64,000 bases of DNA. It comes from Gallionellaceae bacterium UBA2239. GTDB taxonomy: Bacteria > Pseudomonadota > Gammaproteobacteria > Burkholderiales > UBA9220. The stretch covers positions 26,300 to 90,299 of the forward strand of contig DDYH01000041.1 of the NCBI GenBank assembly GCA_002347615.1, given 5' to 3'. The notes beneath the pieces are model-generated. The model searched no databases and was not told where the DNA came from. It worked only from the letters and a program-made list of their open reading frames with translations. The translations under genes were made by a program, and so were the position numbers. The stretch's first letter is position 1. Every line of letters starts with the position of its first letter. Shown here in pieces: positions 18,063 through 26,492 of the stretch.

Positions 18063-18500
18063 ATGGCAAACGTGAACGGCTGCGAGTTGCCGGACGATCT
18101 GTACTACAACGTGGAAGACAATGTCTGGGCCAGGCGTGAGACGGACGGCACCCTGGTGGTGGGCATGACGTCCTATGCCTGCTCCCTGTCCGGCCAGATC
18201 GTCGCCTTCACCCCCAAGAAAGCCGGCAAGGTGGTGGAGCGGGGGCGCTCCCTGAGCACCGTGGAATCGGGCAAGTGGGTCGGCCCGGTCAAGGCCCCGG
18301 TGGGGGGGGAAATCGTGGCGGTGAACGAAGTCCTGTTCGACGACCCCGGCATCATCAACGCCGACCCCTACGGCGAAGGCTGGCTCATCCGCCTCAAGCC
18401 CGGCGACTGGGAAGGGGAATCCGGCAACCTGGTCAGCGGTGGGGACATCGTGCCGGCCTTCGAAGCCAAGATGAATGAGGATGGCTTCGGCGGCTGTTGA
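18063..18500 (+). CDS. lbpA: GcvH-like lipoate-binding protein (LbpA type)
   Basis: 145 aa; glycine-cleavage-H fold motifs (YYNVEDNVWAR, VESGKWVGPVKAPVGGEIVAVN with the candidate lipoyl-Lys, PYGEGWLIRL). It is followed by lipoate-assembly genes rather than gcvPT. Confidence 0.8.
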   Translation: MANVNGCELPDDLYYNVEDNVWARRETDGTLVVGMTSYACSLSGQIVAFTPKKAGKVVERGRSLSTVESGKWVGPVKAPVGGEIVAVNEVLFDDPGIINADPYGEGWLIRLKPGDWEGESGNLVSGGDIVPAFEAKMNEDGFGGC

Positions 18501-18503
18501 ACC

Positions 18504-18587
18504 CGTCATTGCGAGGAACGAAGTGACGAAGCAATCCTCGCTGACGGACCGGAAAAGCGAGATTGCTTCGCTGCGCTCCCAATGACG
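18504..18587. repeat. 84-bp empty inverted-repeat element in the lbpA / radical-SAM spacer
   Basis: Left arm cgtcattgcgaggaacgaagtgacgaagcaatc, right arm gattgcttcgctgcgctcccaatgacg. The termini cgtcattg and caatgacg and the inner gaagcaatc and gattgcttc are complementary. Confidence 0.55.
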
Positions 18588-18590
18588 TCG

Positions 18591-19646
18591 ATGGGGGATG
18601 ATTGGCTGGGGTTGGCCCGGGGCATCGAGGGCCTGGAAGGGGTCGGGCTCGATGCGGGACTGGTGCGGCGCTTCCAGTCAGCGGGCGCGGCATTGCCGCC
18701 CCTGACCTTCCATCTTCCCGCTTTCAAGCACTATTCTTCCCCCGAGCTGCCCTCCTGCGGCGGCAGCGCTTGGCCGGCGGTGTCCATTACCGGCGCTGAA
18801 TGCGCCCTGAACTGCGACCATTGCCGGGCGGAGATACTCAAGCCCATGCTCCCGGCGACCACTCCCGAGGCCCTGTGGCAGACGGCGAACCGGCTGGCCG
18901 AACGGGGCGCAGGAGGAATGCTGCTCACGGGCGGCTCCGACCGGCGCAACGAGGTGGGCTATGGACCGTTCCTCGCCACCCTGCGCCGCATCAAGGACCG
19001 TTTTCCCCATTTCCGCATCGCCGCCCATGCCGGCCTGGTGGACCGATCCGCCGCCCGGGGCCTGGCGGACAGCGGGGTGGACATCGCCATGCTGGATGTC
19101 ATCGGCGCCCAGGACACCCTGGCCCGGGTCTACCATCTCAAGCGTCCGGTGGCGGATTTCGAGGCCTCCCTCGCCCACCTGGCGGCCACCGGGATGCGGG
19201 TGGTGCCCCATGTGGTGCTCGGCCTCCATTACGGCCAGCTGCTGGGGGAGTGGCGGGCCCTGGAGATGATCGCGCCCTGCGCCCCGGCCGCCGTGGTGCT
19301 GGTGGTGGTGATGCCCTTTTACGCCTCGCCCGCCCGCCCTTTCGCGGTGCCCTCCGGGCGCGAGGTGGGGCACTTTTTCCTTGACGCCCGGCGGGCGCTT
19401 CCCGGCATTCCCCTCCAACTCGGCTGCGCCCGCCCCGCCGGCCGGGCCAAGGCGGAAATCGATGCCTACGGGGTGATGGCCGGCCTGGGCGGCATCGCCC
19501 ATCCGGCGGAAGGGGCGGTGGAGCTGGCGCGGAAAATCGGCCGCGAGCTGAGGCTGAGTCCCGGCTGCTGTTCCCTCGGCGCCGGGGAGCCCCTTGACGC
19601 CGTCCCGGGGCGGCCGTTCCCGGTGAAGGTGGTGGCCCATGGCTGA
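18591..19646 (+). CDS. radical SAM protein, LipS1/LipS2-type lipoyl synthase component
   Basis: CALNCDHC (CxxxCxxC) and GGMLLTGG motifs. It overlaps the downstream ligase gene by 8 nt. The start is uncertain: the ORF track ATG at 18582 lies inside the repeat arm, and the ATG at 18591 is the first one outside it. Confidence 0.72.
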   Translation: MGDDWLGLARGIEGLEGVGLDAGLVRRFQSAGAALPPLTFHLPAFKHYSSPELPSCGGSAWPAVSITGAECALNCDHCRAEILKPMLPATTPEALWQTANRLAERGAGGMLLTGGSDRRNEVGYGPFLATLRRIKDRFPHFRIAAHAGLVDRSAARGLADSGVDIAMLDVIGAQDTLARVYHLKRPVADFEASLAHLAATGMRVVPHVVLGLHYGQLLGEWRALEMIAPCAPAAVVLVVVMPFYASPARPFAVPSGREVGHFFLDARRALPGIPLQLGCARPAGRAKAEIDAYGVMAGLGGIAHPAEGAVELARKIGRELRLSPGCCSLGAGEPLDAVPGRPFPVKVVAHG

Positions 19647-20709
19647 GCCCTGGAACGTGGTGGACACCGGCCTCCTCGGCGCCGCCGAGAACATGGCCTG
19701 GGACCGGGCGCTGCTGGAAGCCCGGGAGGCGGGGGAAATCGGCAACACCCTGCGTTTCCTCCGCTTCAAGCCCTGCGCCCTGGTGGGCTGTCACCAAAGC
19801 CTTGAACAGGAGTTGGACTTGGACTACTGCGCCGCCCAGGGCATCCAGGTGCAGCGCCGGATTACCGGCGGCGGGGCGATTTGCTTCGATCCCGGCCAAC
19901 TGGGCTGGGAGTTGTTCCTGTCCCGCAACGCCCTCGGCACCCCGGACATGGGGGAAATCGCCCGCCGGGTATGCGAGGCGGCGGCAGCGGGCATCCGGCG
20001 CCTGGGGGTGGATGCCCGTTTCCGTCCCCGCAACGACATCGAGGTGGGTGGGCGCAAGATTTCCGGCACCGGCGGCAGCTTCGAGGGGCGGGCGCTGATG
20101 TACCAGGGCACCCTGCTGCTGGATTTCGAGGTGGAACAAATGTTGCGGGTGCTGCGCATCCCGGCGGAAAAGCTGCGGGACAAGGCCATTGCCTCGGCCC
20201 GGGAGCGGGTGGCGAGCCTGAAGGAACTGCTGGGCGAGGCCCCGCCGGTGGAGGAGGCCAAGGCGGCCCTGACCGGTGCTTTCGGCCAGGCGTTCGGGGT
20301 GGCGTTTGCTTCGGCGGCGCTTCCCGAAACGGTGGTCGGCCGTTATCGGGAGGCATTGAAGGAAATCGACTGCCCGGAATGGGTAAATCTGGTCCAAAAG
20401 CCGGTTTCCGATGCGCCCTTGCTGGAAGGGGTGGCCAAGTTTCCCGGCGGCCTGCTGCGGCTGGCCGCCGCCTACGACCGGCGGACGCGGCACCTGAAGC
20501 AGGTGTGGTTCGCCGGCGATTTTTTCGCCAGCCCGGCGCGCCTGGTCAACGACCTGGAGGCGAGGTTGAAGAACATCACCCTGGCCGAGGCGGAAGTGGC
20601 CATCCGGCAATTCCTCTCCGGTTATCCCGCCGACGCCCTGAGCCTGTCGGCGGACGAAGTCATCGGCGTGCTTCGCCGGACGGTAGGGGAGGCGGATGGA
20701 CTCCTGTGA
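19639..20709 (+). CDS. lipoate-protein ligase, sLpl(AB)-like (fused LplA N- and C-domains)
   Basis: 356 aa; BPL/LPL catalytic-domain motifs (RRITGGGAICFD, GGRKISGTGG). Confidence 0.8.
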   Translation: MAEPWNVVDTGLLGAAENMAWDRALLEAREAGEIGNTLRFLRFKPCALVGCHQSLEQELDLDYCAAQGIQVQRRITGGGAICFDPGQLGWELFLSRNALGTPDMGEIARRVCEAAAAGIRRLGVDARFRPRNDIEVGGRKISGTGGSFEGRALMYQGTLLLDFEVEQMLRVLRIPAEKLRDKAIASARERVASLKELLGEAPPVEEAKAALTGAFGQAFGVAFASAALPETVVGRYREALKEIDCPEWVNLVQKPVSDAPLLEGVAKFPGGLLRLAAAYDRRTRHLKQVWFAGDFFASPARLVNDLEARLKNITLAEAEVAIRQFLSGYPADALSLSADEVIGVLRRTVGEADGLL

Positions 20710-21757
20710 CGTTCTGGTGGTGGGACTGGGGCCGGCCGGCGGAGCGGCGGCCCTGGCGGCGGCTGAAGCCGGCCTGCGGGTGATCGCCCTGGAACGCCGG
20801 AATGAAATCGGCCGCCCGGTGCAATGCGCCGAGTGCGTGCCCGCCGCCATGGGACGCCTGGTGCGGCGCACCGGCTGCGAGGTGCAGCGGGTGGACGCCA
20901 TGCAGACGGTCCTGCCTTCCGGCGCGTCGGTGGACAGCCCCTTCCGGGGCATCATGATCGACCGGGCCAGGCTGGACGCCGGCCTGGCCCGCAGCGCCGA
21001 GGAGGCGGGGGCCAGGCTGCTCCTTGGCTGGCGCTTCGACGCCCTGGACGCCGGGGCGGGCAGGGTGCGCTGCCGCAACGCTCAGGGGGCGCGGGAGATT
21101 TCCTACCGTCTGCTGATCGCGGCGGACGGGCCTTTTTCCCCCGTGGCCGACGCGCTGGGTCTGCCCTCCCAGCCCGTCGCCCTGGCCCGGCAGGTCACCG
21201 TTCCCCTGTTGCAGCCCCTGGCCCGGACCGAGGTGTATCTGTCCCCCGATTATCCCGGCGGCTATGGCTGGCTGTTTCCCAAGGGCGGCACGGCCAACCT
21301 GGGGGTGGGGGTCGCGCGGGAAGCAGGGCATCTCCTCCGGCCGCGCCTTCATGATCTGCACCGCCGTCTGGCGGGGGAAGAGCGGGTGGGGGGCGGGATT
21401 TTGGCCCGCACCGGCGGTGGGATTCCCGTCGGCGGCTTGCGGCCGAAACTGGTGGTGGGAAACGTGATGCTCGTCGGCGATGCCGCCGGCCTCACCCATC
21501 CGGTGACCGGCGCCGGCATCCACCCGGCGGTGACCTCCGGCGAGGCGGCGGGCCGGGCGGCAGCACGCTGGCTGGTGGGGGACGCGGCCGCCTTGGAAAG
21601 CTACGGGGCGGGCATGGAGGAGTTGTTCGGTCCCTCCCTGGCCCGGGCGTTGCGGCGGCGTGGGGAATTGAGAGGGCGGGAAGGGGACGAGGGCGCCTTG
21701 CGCCGGGCCTGGGTGGCTTTCCCCGACTATTATCGACGGCACGAGGTGCAGGCATGA
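20696..21757 (+). CDS. geranylgeranyl-reductase-family FAD-dependent oxidoreductase
   Basis: 353 aa; DVLVVGLGPAGGAAA dinucleotide fold and the C-terminal GDAAGLTHPVTGAGI motif. Confidence 0.8.
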   Translation: MDSCDVLVVGLGPAGGAAALAAAEAGLRVIALERRNEIGRPVQCAECVPAAMGRLVRRTGCEVQRVDAMQTVLPSGASVDSPFRGIMIDRARLDAGLARSAEEAGARLLLGWRFDALDAGAGRVRCRNAQGAREISYRLLIAADGPFSPVADALGLPSQPVALARQVTVPLLQPLARTEVYLSPDYPGGYGWLFPKGGTANLGVGVAREAGHLLRPRLHDLHRRLAGEERVGGGILARTGGGIPVGGLRPKLVVGNVMLVGDAAGLTHPVTGAGIHPAVTSGEAAGRAAARWLVGDAAALESYGAGMEELFGPSLARALRRRGELRGREGDEGALRRAWVAFPDYYRRHEVQA

Positions 21758-22857
21758 CGGAGCAAGCGGTGACTTTTTATCGGCCCGACCGGGGAGGGCG
21801 AGCGCCGACCCTGAACTCCCCCGAATACGTCCAGCTTTCCACCGCGGCGGCCATTACCCTGGGGTTGATGCCGGGGAAAATGCACCGGGTGGATTGCACC
21901 CATTGCCTTAACCTGCTGGTCACCTACCCCGAGGGCTGCCGCGCCAATTGCGCCTATTGCGGGCTGGCACGGCACCGGGAGGAGGAGCGGGACTTCAACG
22001 CCCGCAACTTCATCCGTGTCGATTGGCCCACCGCCCGCTACGACGAGATCATCCAGCGGGTGAGGGCGGGCGGTGACAAGGGCCGCTTCCAGCGCATGTG
22101 CATTTCCATGATTACCCACCCCCGCTCCGGCGCGGACACGCTGACCTTGCTGGACCGCTGGGTGCAGGCACTGCCCCATATTCCCGTTTCTATTCTTTCC
22201 AACCCCACCACCATGGAGCGGGAGGACTTGGCGGAGTTGAAACGGCACGGTGCCGAGATTTTTACCATCGCTTTGGACGCGGCCACCCCGGCGGTGTTCG
22301 AGCGAACCCGGGGCGCCACGGTGAGCAGTCCCCACGATTGGGAACATTATTGGCGCGCCATCGGCTGGGCGGCGGAAGTGTTCGGGCCGGAGCGCTTCGG
22401 CGTCCATCTCATCGCCGGCCTGGGGGAAACGGAGCGGGAACTGCTGGAAGCGGTGCAGCGCATCAAAGACCTGGGCGGCCACAGTCACCTGTTCGGCTTC
22501 TTCCCCGAGCGGGGTTCCCTGATGGAATCTTGGCCGGCGGTGGACGCGGGGCATTGGCGGCGGGTCCAGCTGGGGCGGTTCCTGATCGACTTCGCGGGGG
22601 GGCGGCTGGAGGGGATGAGTTTCGACGATGAGGGTCGGGTGGTGGATTTCGGCGGGGAGGACAAGGCCCTCGCCGCCCTGGTCCAATCGGGCAAACCCTT
22701 CCGCACCTCCGGCTGCCCCGGTAGCGACGACCCCGAGGTGTCCGCCTGCAACCGCCCCTACGGCGACTCCATGCCTTCCGACATCCGCTCCTACCCTTTT
22801 CCCTTGGATAACGGGGACTTGAAGAATGTCGGCGGGCAGTTGTCAAAGAAATATTAG
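21754..22857 (+). CDS. radical SAM protein, LipS1/LipS2-type lipoyl synthase component
   Basis: 367 aa; CRANCAYC radical SAM motif with BioB/LipA-like downstream elements. It overlaps the upstream gene by 4 nt. Confidence 0.8.
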   Translation: MTEQAVTFYRPDRGGRAPTLNSPEYVQLSTAAAITLGLMPGKMHRVDCTHCLNLLVTYPEGCRANCAYCGLARHREEERDFNARNFIRVDWPTARYDEIIQRVRAGGDKGRFQRMCISMITHPRSGADTLTLLDRWVQALPHIPVSILSNPTTMEREDLAELKRHGAEIFTIALDAATPAVFERTRGATVSSPHDWEHYWRAIGWAAEVFGPERFGVHLIAGLGETERELLEAVQRIKDLGGHSHLFGFFPERGSLMESWPAVDAGHWRRVQLGRFLIDFAGGRLEGMSFDDEGRVVDFGGEDKALAALVQSGKPFRTSGCPGSDDPEVSACNRPYGDSMPSDIRSYPFPLDNGDLKNVGGQLSKKY

Positions 22858-23074
22858 AATAATCTAATAAACTGTATATATATCAATGTGTTGCGCGAAT
22901 GACACACTTGTAGTCATTCTAAAAATAAAATTGGACAAAAATGCTAGGAAACCCTCGGGACGGATTTTGTCTCGCCGTTTCCTCCGGTAAGATGGCCCCA
23001 CGTATAGAACAAAAACACGATTCAAAAACACCTTTTTCTTAAAAAACATCAGAATTAGTGGAGGAACTACATCT

Positions 23075-24385
23075 ATGAAATACAACAAGATTGCCATCGC
23101 CCTCGCGGTTTCCGGCCTGATGCTCCCCGGCATCGCCTCCGCCACCAATGGTTATTTCTCCCACGGCAACGGCATGAAGGCCAAAGGTATGGCCGGTGCT
23201 GCTACCGCCGTGACCGGCGACACCTTCGGTGGCGCCAACAACCCCGCCGCCATGGTTTGGGCCGGCGACCGTCTGGATATCGGCGTGGATTGGTTCCGTC
23301 CGATTCGCAGCGCCGAGCGCTCGGGCGCTACTGGTCCTGCGTTCGGCCTGGACGGTTCGGTTGGTAGTGGTAGTAAGGATTTTCTCATGCCGGAGTTTGG
23401 CTACAACAAGATGCTCAGCAGCAAGATGTCCCTGGGCGTGACGGTGTACGGCAACGGCGGCATGAATACCGATTATTCGGGTGGACAGATTCCGGCCGCC
23501 TCCATGTGTGCGGGTTTTAACCCCGGCCAGCCTTCCTACAACCTCCTGTGCGGTAGCGGCACGTTGGGCATTGACCTGATGCAGTTGGTGATTGCTCCGA
23601 CCCTGGCCTATAAGATCAATGAAAAGCACTCCGTCGGCGTTTCCCCGCTGATCGGTTACCAGCGTTTCAAGGCGGAAGGCTTGCATGGCTTTGCCGGCTT
23701 TACCACCTCGGGCACTACCAGCAACCTGACCAACCAGGGCTATGACAATGCCTATGGCTTTGGCGTTCGCATCGGCTATTTGGGTAAGCTGACCGATACG
23801 GTTTCCATTGGGGCGGCCTATTCGTCCAAGATCGCCATGGGAACGTTTGACAAATACAAGGAATTGTTTGCCGAGCAGGGCGATTTCGATATGCCGGAAA
23901 ACTGGAACCTGGGCATCGCGGTCCAGGCTACGCCGAAATTGATGCTGGCTCTCGACTACCAGCGCATCAACTACAGCGGTGTGAATTCCGTCGGCAACCC
24001 CAGCACCAATAATGCGGCTTTGGGCACGAATAATGGCCGCGGCTTCGGCTACGCCGACGTGGACGTGGTGAAACTGGGCGTCGAGTATGCCTACAGCGAT
24101 AAGCTGATGCTGCGCGCCGGCTACAGCCATACCGACAATCCGATTTCCTCCCGCGATGTGACCTTCAATATCATCGCTCCGGCGGTGATTCAGGAGCACT
24201 ACACCCTGGGCTTTACCTACGCCCTGGACAAGCAATCGGAAATCACTATGGCATATATGCACGCGCAGGAAAATGATGTTTCTGGCAACAGCCTGTTCAG
24301 TGGTTTGACCGGTGCAAATGTCGGGGCTGAAAAAATCAAGATGTACCAGGACTCTCTCGGTATCGCCTACGGCAAGAAGTTCTAA
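23075..24385 (+). CDS. FadL/TodX-family outer-membrane channel for hydrophobic compounds
   Basis: 436 aa; signal peptide ending ASATNGYF, N-terminal hatch motif NGYFSHGNG, beta-barrel pattern, C-terminal aromatic YGKKF. Confidence 0.85.
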   Translation: MKYNKIAIALAVSGLMLPGIASATNGYFSHGNGMKAKGMAGAATAVTGDTFGGANNPAAMVWAGDRLDIGVDWFRPIRSAERSGATGPAFGLDGSVGSGSKDFLMPEFGYNKMLSSKMSLGVTVYGNGGMNTDYSGGQIPAASMCAGFNPGQPSYNLLCGSGTLGIDLMQLVIAPTLAYKINEKHSVGVSPLIGYQRFKAEGLHGFAGFTTSGTTSNLTNQGYDNAYGFGVRIGYLGKLTDTVSIGAAYSSKIAMGTFDKYKELFAEQGDFDMPENWNLGIAVQATPKLMLALDYQRINYSGVNSVGNPSTNNAALGTNNGRGFGYADVDVVKLGVEYAYSDKLMLRAGYSHTDNPISSRDVTFNIIAPAVIQEHYTLGFTYALDKQSEITMAYMHAQENDVSGNSLFSGLTGANVGAEKIKMYQDSLGIAYGKKF

Positions 24386-24415
24386 GCGAAGAAGTACCTA
24401 AGCAGCACCTATTAC

Positions 24416-24444
24416 AAAGGCCGGGATTCCCCGGCCTTTGTTTT
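24416..24444 (+). terminator. rho-independent terminator after the porin gene
   Basis: aaaggccggg-attc-cccggccttt followed by gtttt. Confidence 0.75.
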
Positions 24445-24480
24445 AATGACGATAAAAACCCTGATTAGATGGAGGACACT

Positions 24481-25374
24481 ATGCGTACATTAAAAGCCCT
24501 TGTTGCCGCCGCATCCCTGTTCATCGCCGCCAACGTGCAGGCGGACGAAGTCCTGAAACCTTTCGTGCTGGCGTCCAAGGGGCCGGGCACGGTGCAGGAG
24601 AAGGCCGATGCCGCCAAAGCGGCTCTGACGGCCAACGGATTCAGCGTGGTGGGAAGCTATTCCCCTTATCCCAACGCCGTTGTCCTGGCGGTGACCAGCA
24701 ATGACATCAAGAACGCCGCCGCCATGTCCGAAATGGGCGGTTTCGGAGCGGTCCAGCGGGTGGCGGTGACCAAGGTGAAGGACGAGGTTCAGGTGTCCTA
24801 CACCAACCCGCCCTACATGGCCAACGCCTACCGCATGAAGGATGAGATGACGGGGGTCGCTGCTGCCCTGGAAAAGGCGCTGGGCAAGCAGGAGGAGTTC
24901 GGCGCCCGCGGCTTGTCGCCCAAGAGCCTGCGCAAATACCACTACACCTTTGGCATGGAGTATTTCGACGAGCCGAAAACCCTCGCCGAATACGGCAGCT
25001 ACGACGAGGCGGTGAAAGCGGTGGAAGCCAACCTCAAGGCCGGCAAGTTCGGCGTGACCAAAGTCTACCGGGTGGACGTCCCGGGCAAGAAGGAGACGGT
25101 GTTCGGCGTGGCGATGAAGGGCAAGGACAAGTTCGCCGACGACGCTTACATCATGAGCAAGATCGACTTCAAAGACCCCAAGTCCACCGCCCATCTGCCC
25201 TACGAAATGCTGGTGACGGACAACAAGGTGATCGCCCAGTATGCCCGCTTCCGCATCGCCATCAGCTTTCCCGACCTCAGCATGATGGGGAGCAACAGCT
25301 TCATGTCCATCATGGACGCGCCGGACGCCATCAACAAGGCGCTGCGGGAGACGGCCACGGGCAAGGAAGAATAA
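24481..25374 (+). CDS. secreted hypothetical protein with a DUF302-like N-terminal half
   Basis: The ATG at 24481 is preceded by GGAGG. There is a signal peptide (LFIAANVQA). ALTANGFSVVGSYSP...VLAVTSND...VQRVAVTKVKDEVQVSY resembles DUF302. No enzymatic motif was recognised. Confidence 0.6.
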   Translation: MRTLKALVAAASLFIAANVQADEVLKPFVLASKGPGTVQEKADAAKAALTANGFSVVGSYSPYPNAVVLAVTSNDIKNAAAMSEMGGFGAVQRVAVTKVKDEVQVSYTNPPYMANAYRMKDEMTGVAAALEKALGKQEEFGARGLSPKSLRKYHYTFGMEYFDEPKTLAEYGSYDEAVKAVEANLKAGKFGVTKVYRVDVPGKKETVFGVAMKGKDKFADDAYIMSKIDFKDPKSTAHLPYEMLVTDNKVIAQYARFRIAISFPDLSMMGSNSFMSIMDAPDAINKALRETATGKEE

Positions 25375-25403
25375 AGGGCGATTCCCTCCCCGTTTGGAGT
25401 ATC

Positions 25404-25432
25404 TCACCCCGCCCCGGCGGGGTGATTTTTTT
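25404..25432 (+). terminator. rho-independent terminator
   Basis: tcaccccgc-cccg-gcggggtga followed by ttttttt. Confidence 0.75.
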
Positions 25433-25482
25433 CCCCGGCAGTATTTCGCATACTGGAAAAAACATCACAACGGAGAGATTGG

Positions 25483-25731
25483 ATGGAAAAGCCCCCTATC
25501 CGCGTTGGCGGGATGTACAGCAACGGCATCTTCGGCCGTCACTGGTCGGTGCGCCAAGTGTTGTCCCTGGTTGCTTCGGTCGACCAGGAAACCCCGCCGG
25601 GCTCGGTAACCTATAAGGTGCTTGCCGGGTCCGGCCGCCGCAGGACGTTTACCTGTACCCGCCAGGAGTTTGCGCGGTGGGCGATCTACGAGGTGGCGCG
25701 CAACGAAAATTCCTGGGTACGCCTCGGTTAG
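25483..25731 (+). CDS. small hypothetical protein (82 aa)
   Basis: A GGAGA Shine-Dalgarno lies 8 nt upstream of the ATG. Codon usage is plausible, but no family was recognised. Confidence 0.45.
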   Translation: MEKPPIRVGGMYSNGIFGRHWSVRQVLSLVASVDQETPPGSVTYKVLAGSGRRRTFTCTRQEFARWAIYEVARNENSWVRLG

Positions 25732-26402
25732 GCAAGTACGACCAGCGCCCAGACCAGGGTGCCGCTTGCGGCCAGAAGCAAAATGGCCAGCCACAAGGAG
25801 GCGGCCCTGGGTTCGGGGCCGGGGCCCTGTAGGGTCTTGTGGCCGGTAATCATGGGCAGCACCAGGTTTTCCCTCTTGATGAGGCGGTAAGCCAGCACGG
25901 CGCAGACGTGGAGCGCCACCAGGCCCGTCAGCAGGTTGAAAATCATCTCGTGGGCTTGGGTCAGCAGGCTGCCGGTTTCGCTCGACACCAGGTGGTAGAA
26001 AGGGCCTTCGTTCATGATTTCGTCGCTGGCGAACAGCCCCGTGGCGGCCTGGGCGAGCAGCGCCAGCAACAGGCAGGCAACCATCCAGCCACCCAGAGGG
26101 TTGTGGCCGAGATAGGGGGAGGGCCGCCCCGCCTTCATGTCGCGGAGATATTCCAGGGCCTCACCGGGGGGGCGGATGAAATCCGAAAAGCGGGAATGGG
26201 TGCTGCCCACGAATCCCCACGCCAGCCGGAATAGAAGCAGGGTCAAAACACCGTATCCCAAGGGAGCGTGGTAGTCCATCAGATCATCGGACATCTCTGC
26301 CGTAAACCAGGCCGCGATTACCAGGATCACCAACGCCCAGTGGAACAGGCGCGTGGGCAAGTCCCAGACAAGAAGGCGGTGAGGGGTGTGCGAAGGGCTC
26401 AT
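25728..26402 (-). CDS. cytochrome b561 / Ni-hydrogenase-type cytochrome b family membrane protein
   Basis: 224 aa; four TM helices, WDLPTRLFHWALV and YLGHNPLGG motifs of the PF01292-type family. Confidence 0.8.
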   Translation of the reverse strand: MSPSHTPHRLLVWDLPTRLFHWALVILVIAAWFTAEMSDDLMDYHAPLGYGVLTLLLFRLAWGFVGSTHSRFSDFIRPPGEALEYLRDMKAGRPSPYLGHNPLGGWMVACLLLALLAQAATGLFASDEIMNEGPFYHLVSSETGSLLTQAHEMIFNLLTGLVALHVCAVLAYRLIKRENLVLPMITGHKTLQGPGPEPRAASLWLAILLLAASGTLVWALVVLA

Positions 26403-26492
26403 GTTTAATCCTAAAAACCGCAGTTGAAGAGATGAATTCTATCGCGAAGTCAGGCAGATTAAGGGTTTATCGACAGACGGAGGGATCACCCG

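Noticed and set aside
22925-22945. A possible sigma-54 promoter (ttggacaaaaatgcta) upstream of the FadL-type gene.
   Set aside because: The GG and GC elements are two nucleotides too close compared with the TGGCAC-N5-TTGC consensus.
25728-26402. The stand-alone cytochrome b gene as a displaced part of the hydrogenase operon.
   Set aside because: The operon already has its own HoxZ-type subunit. This protein is of the shorter cytochrome b561-like type, lies on the other side of the IS remnant, and has core-like codon usage.
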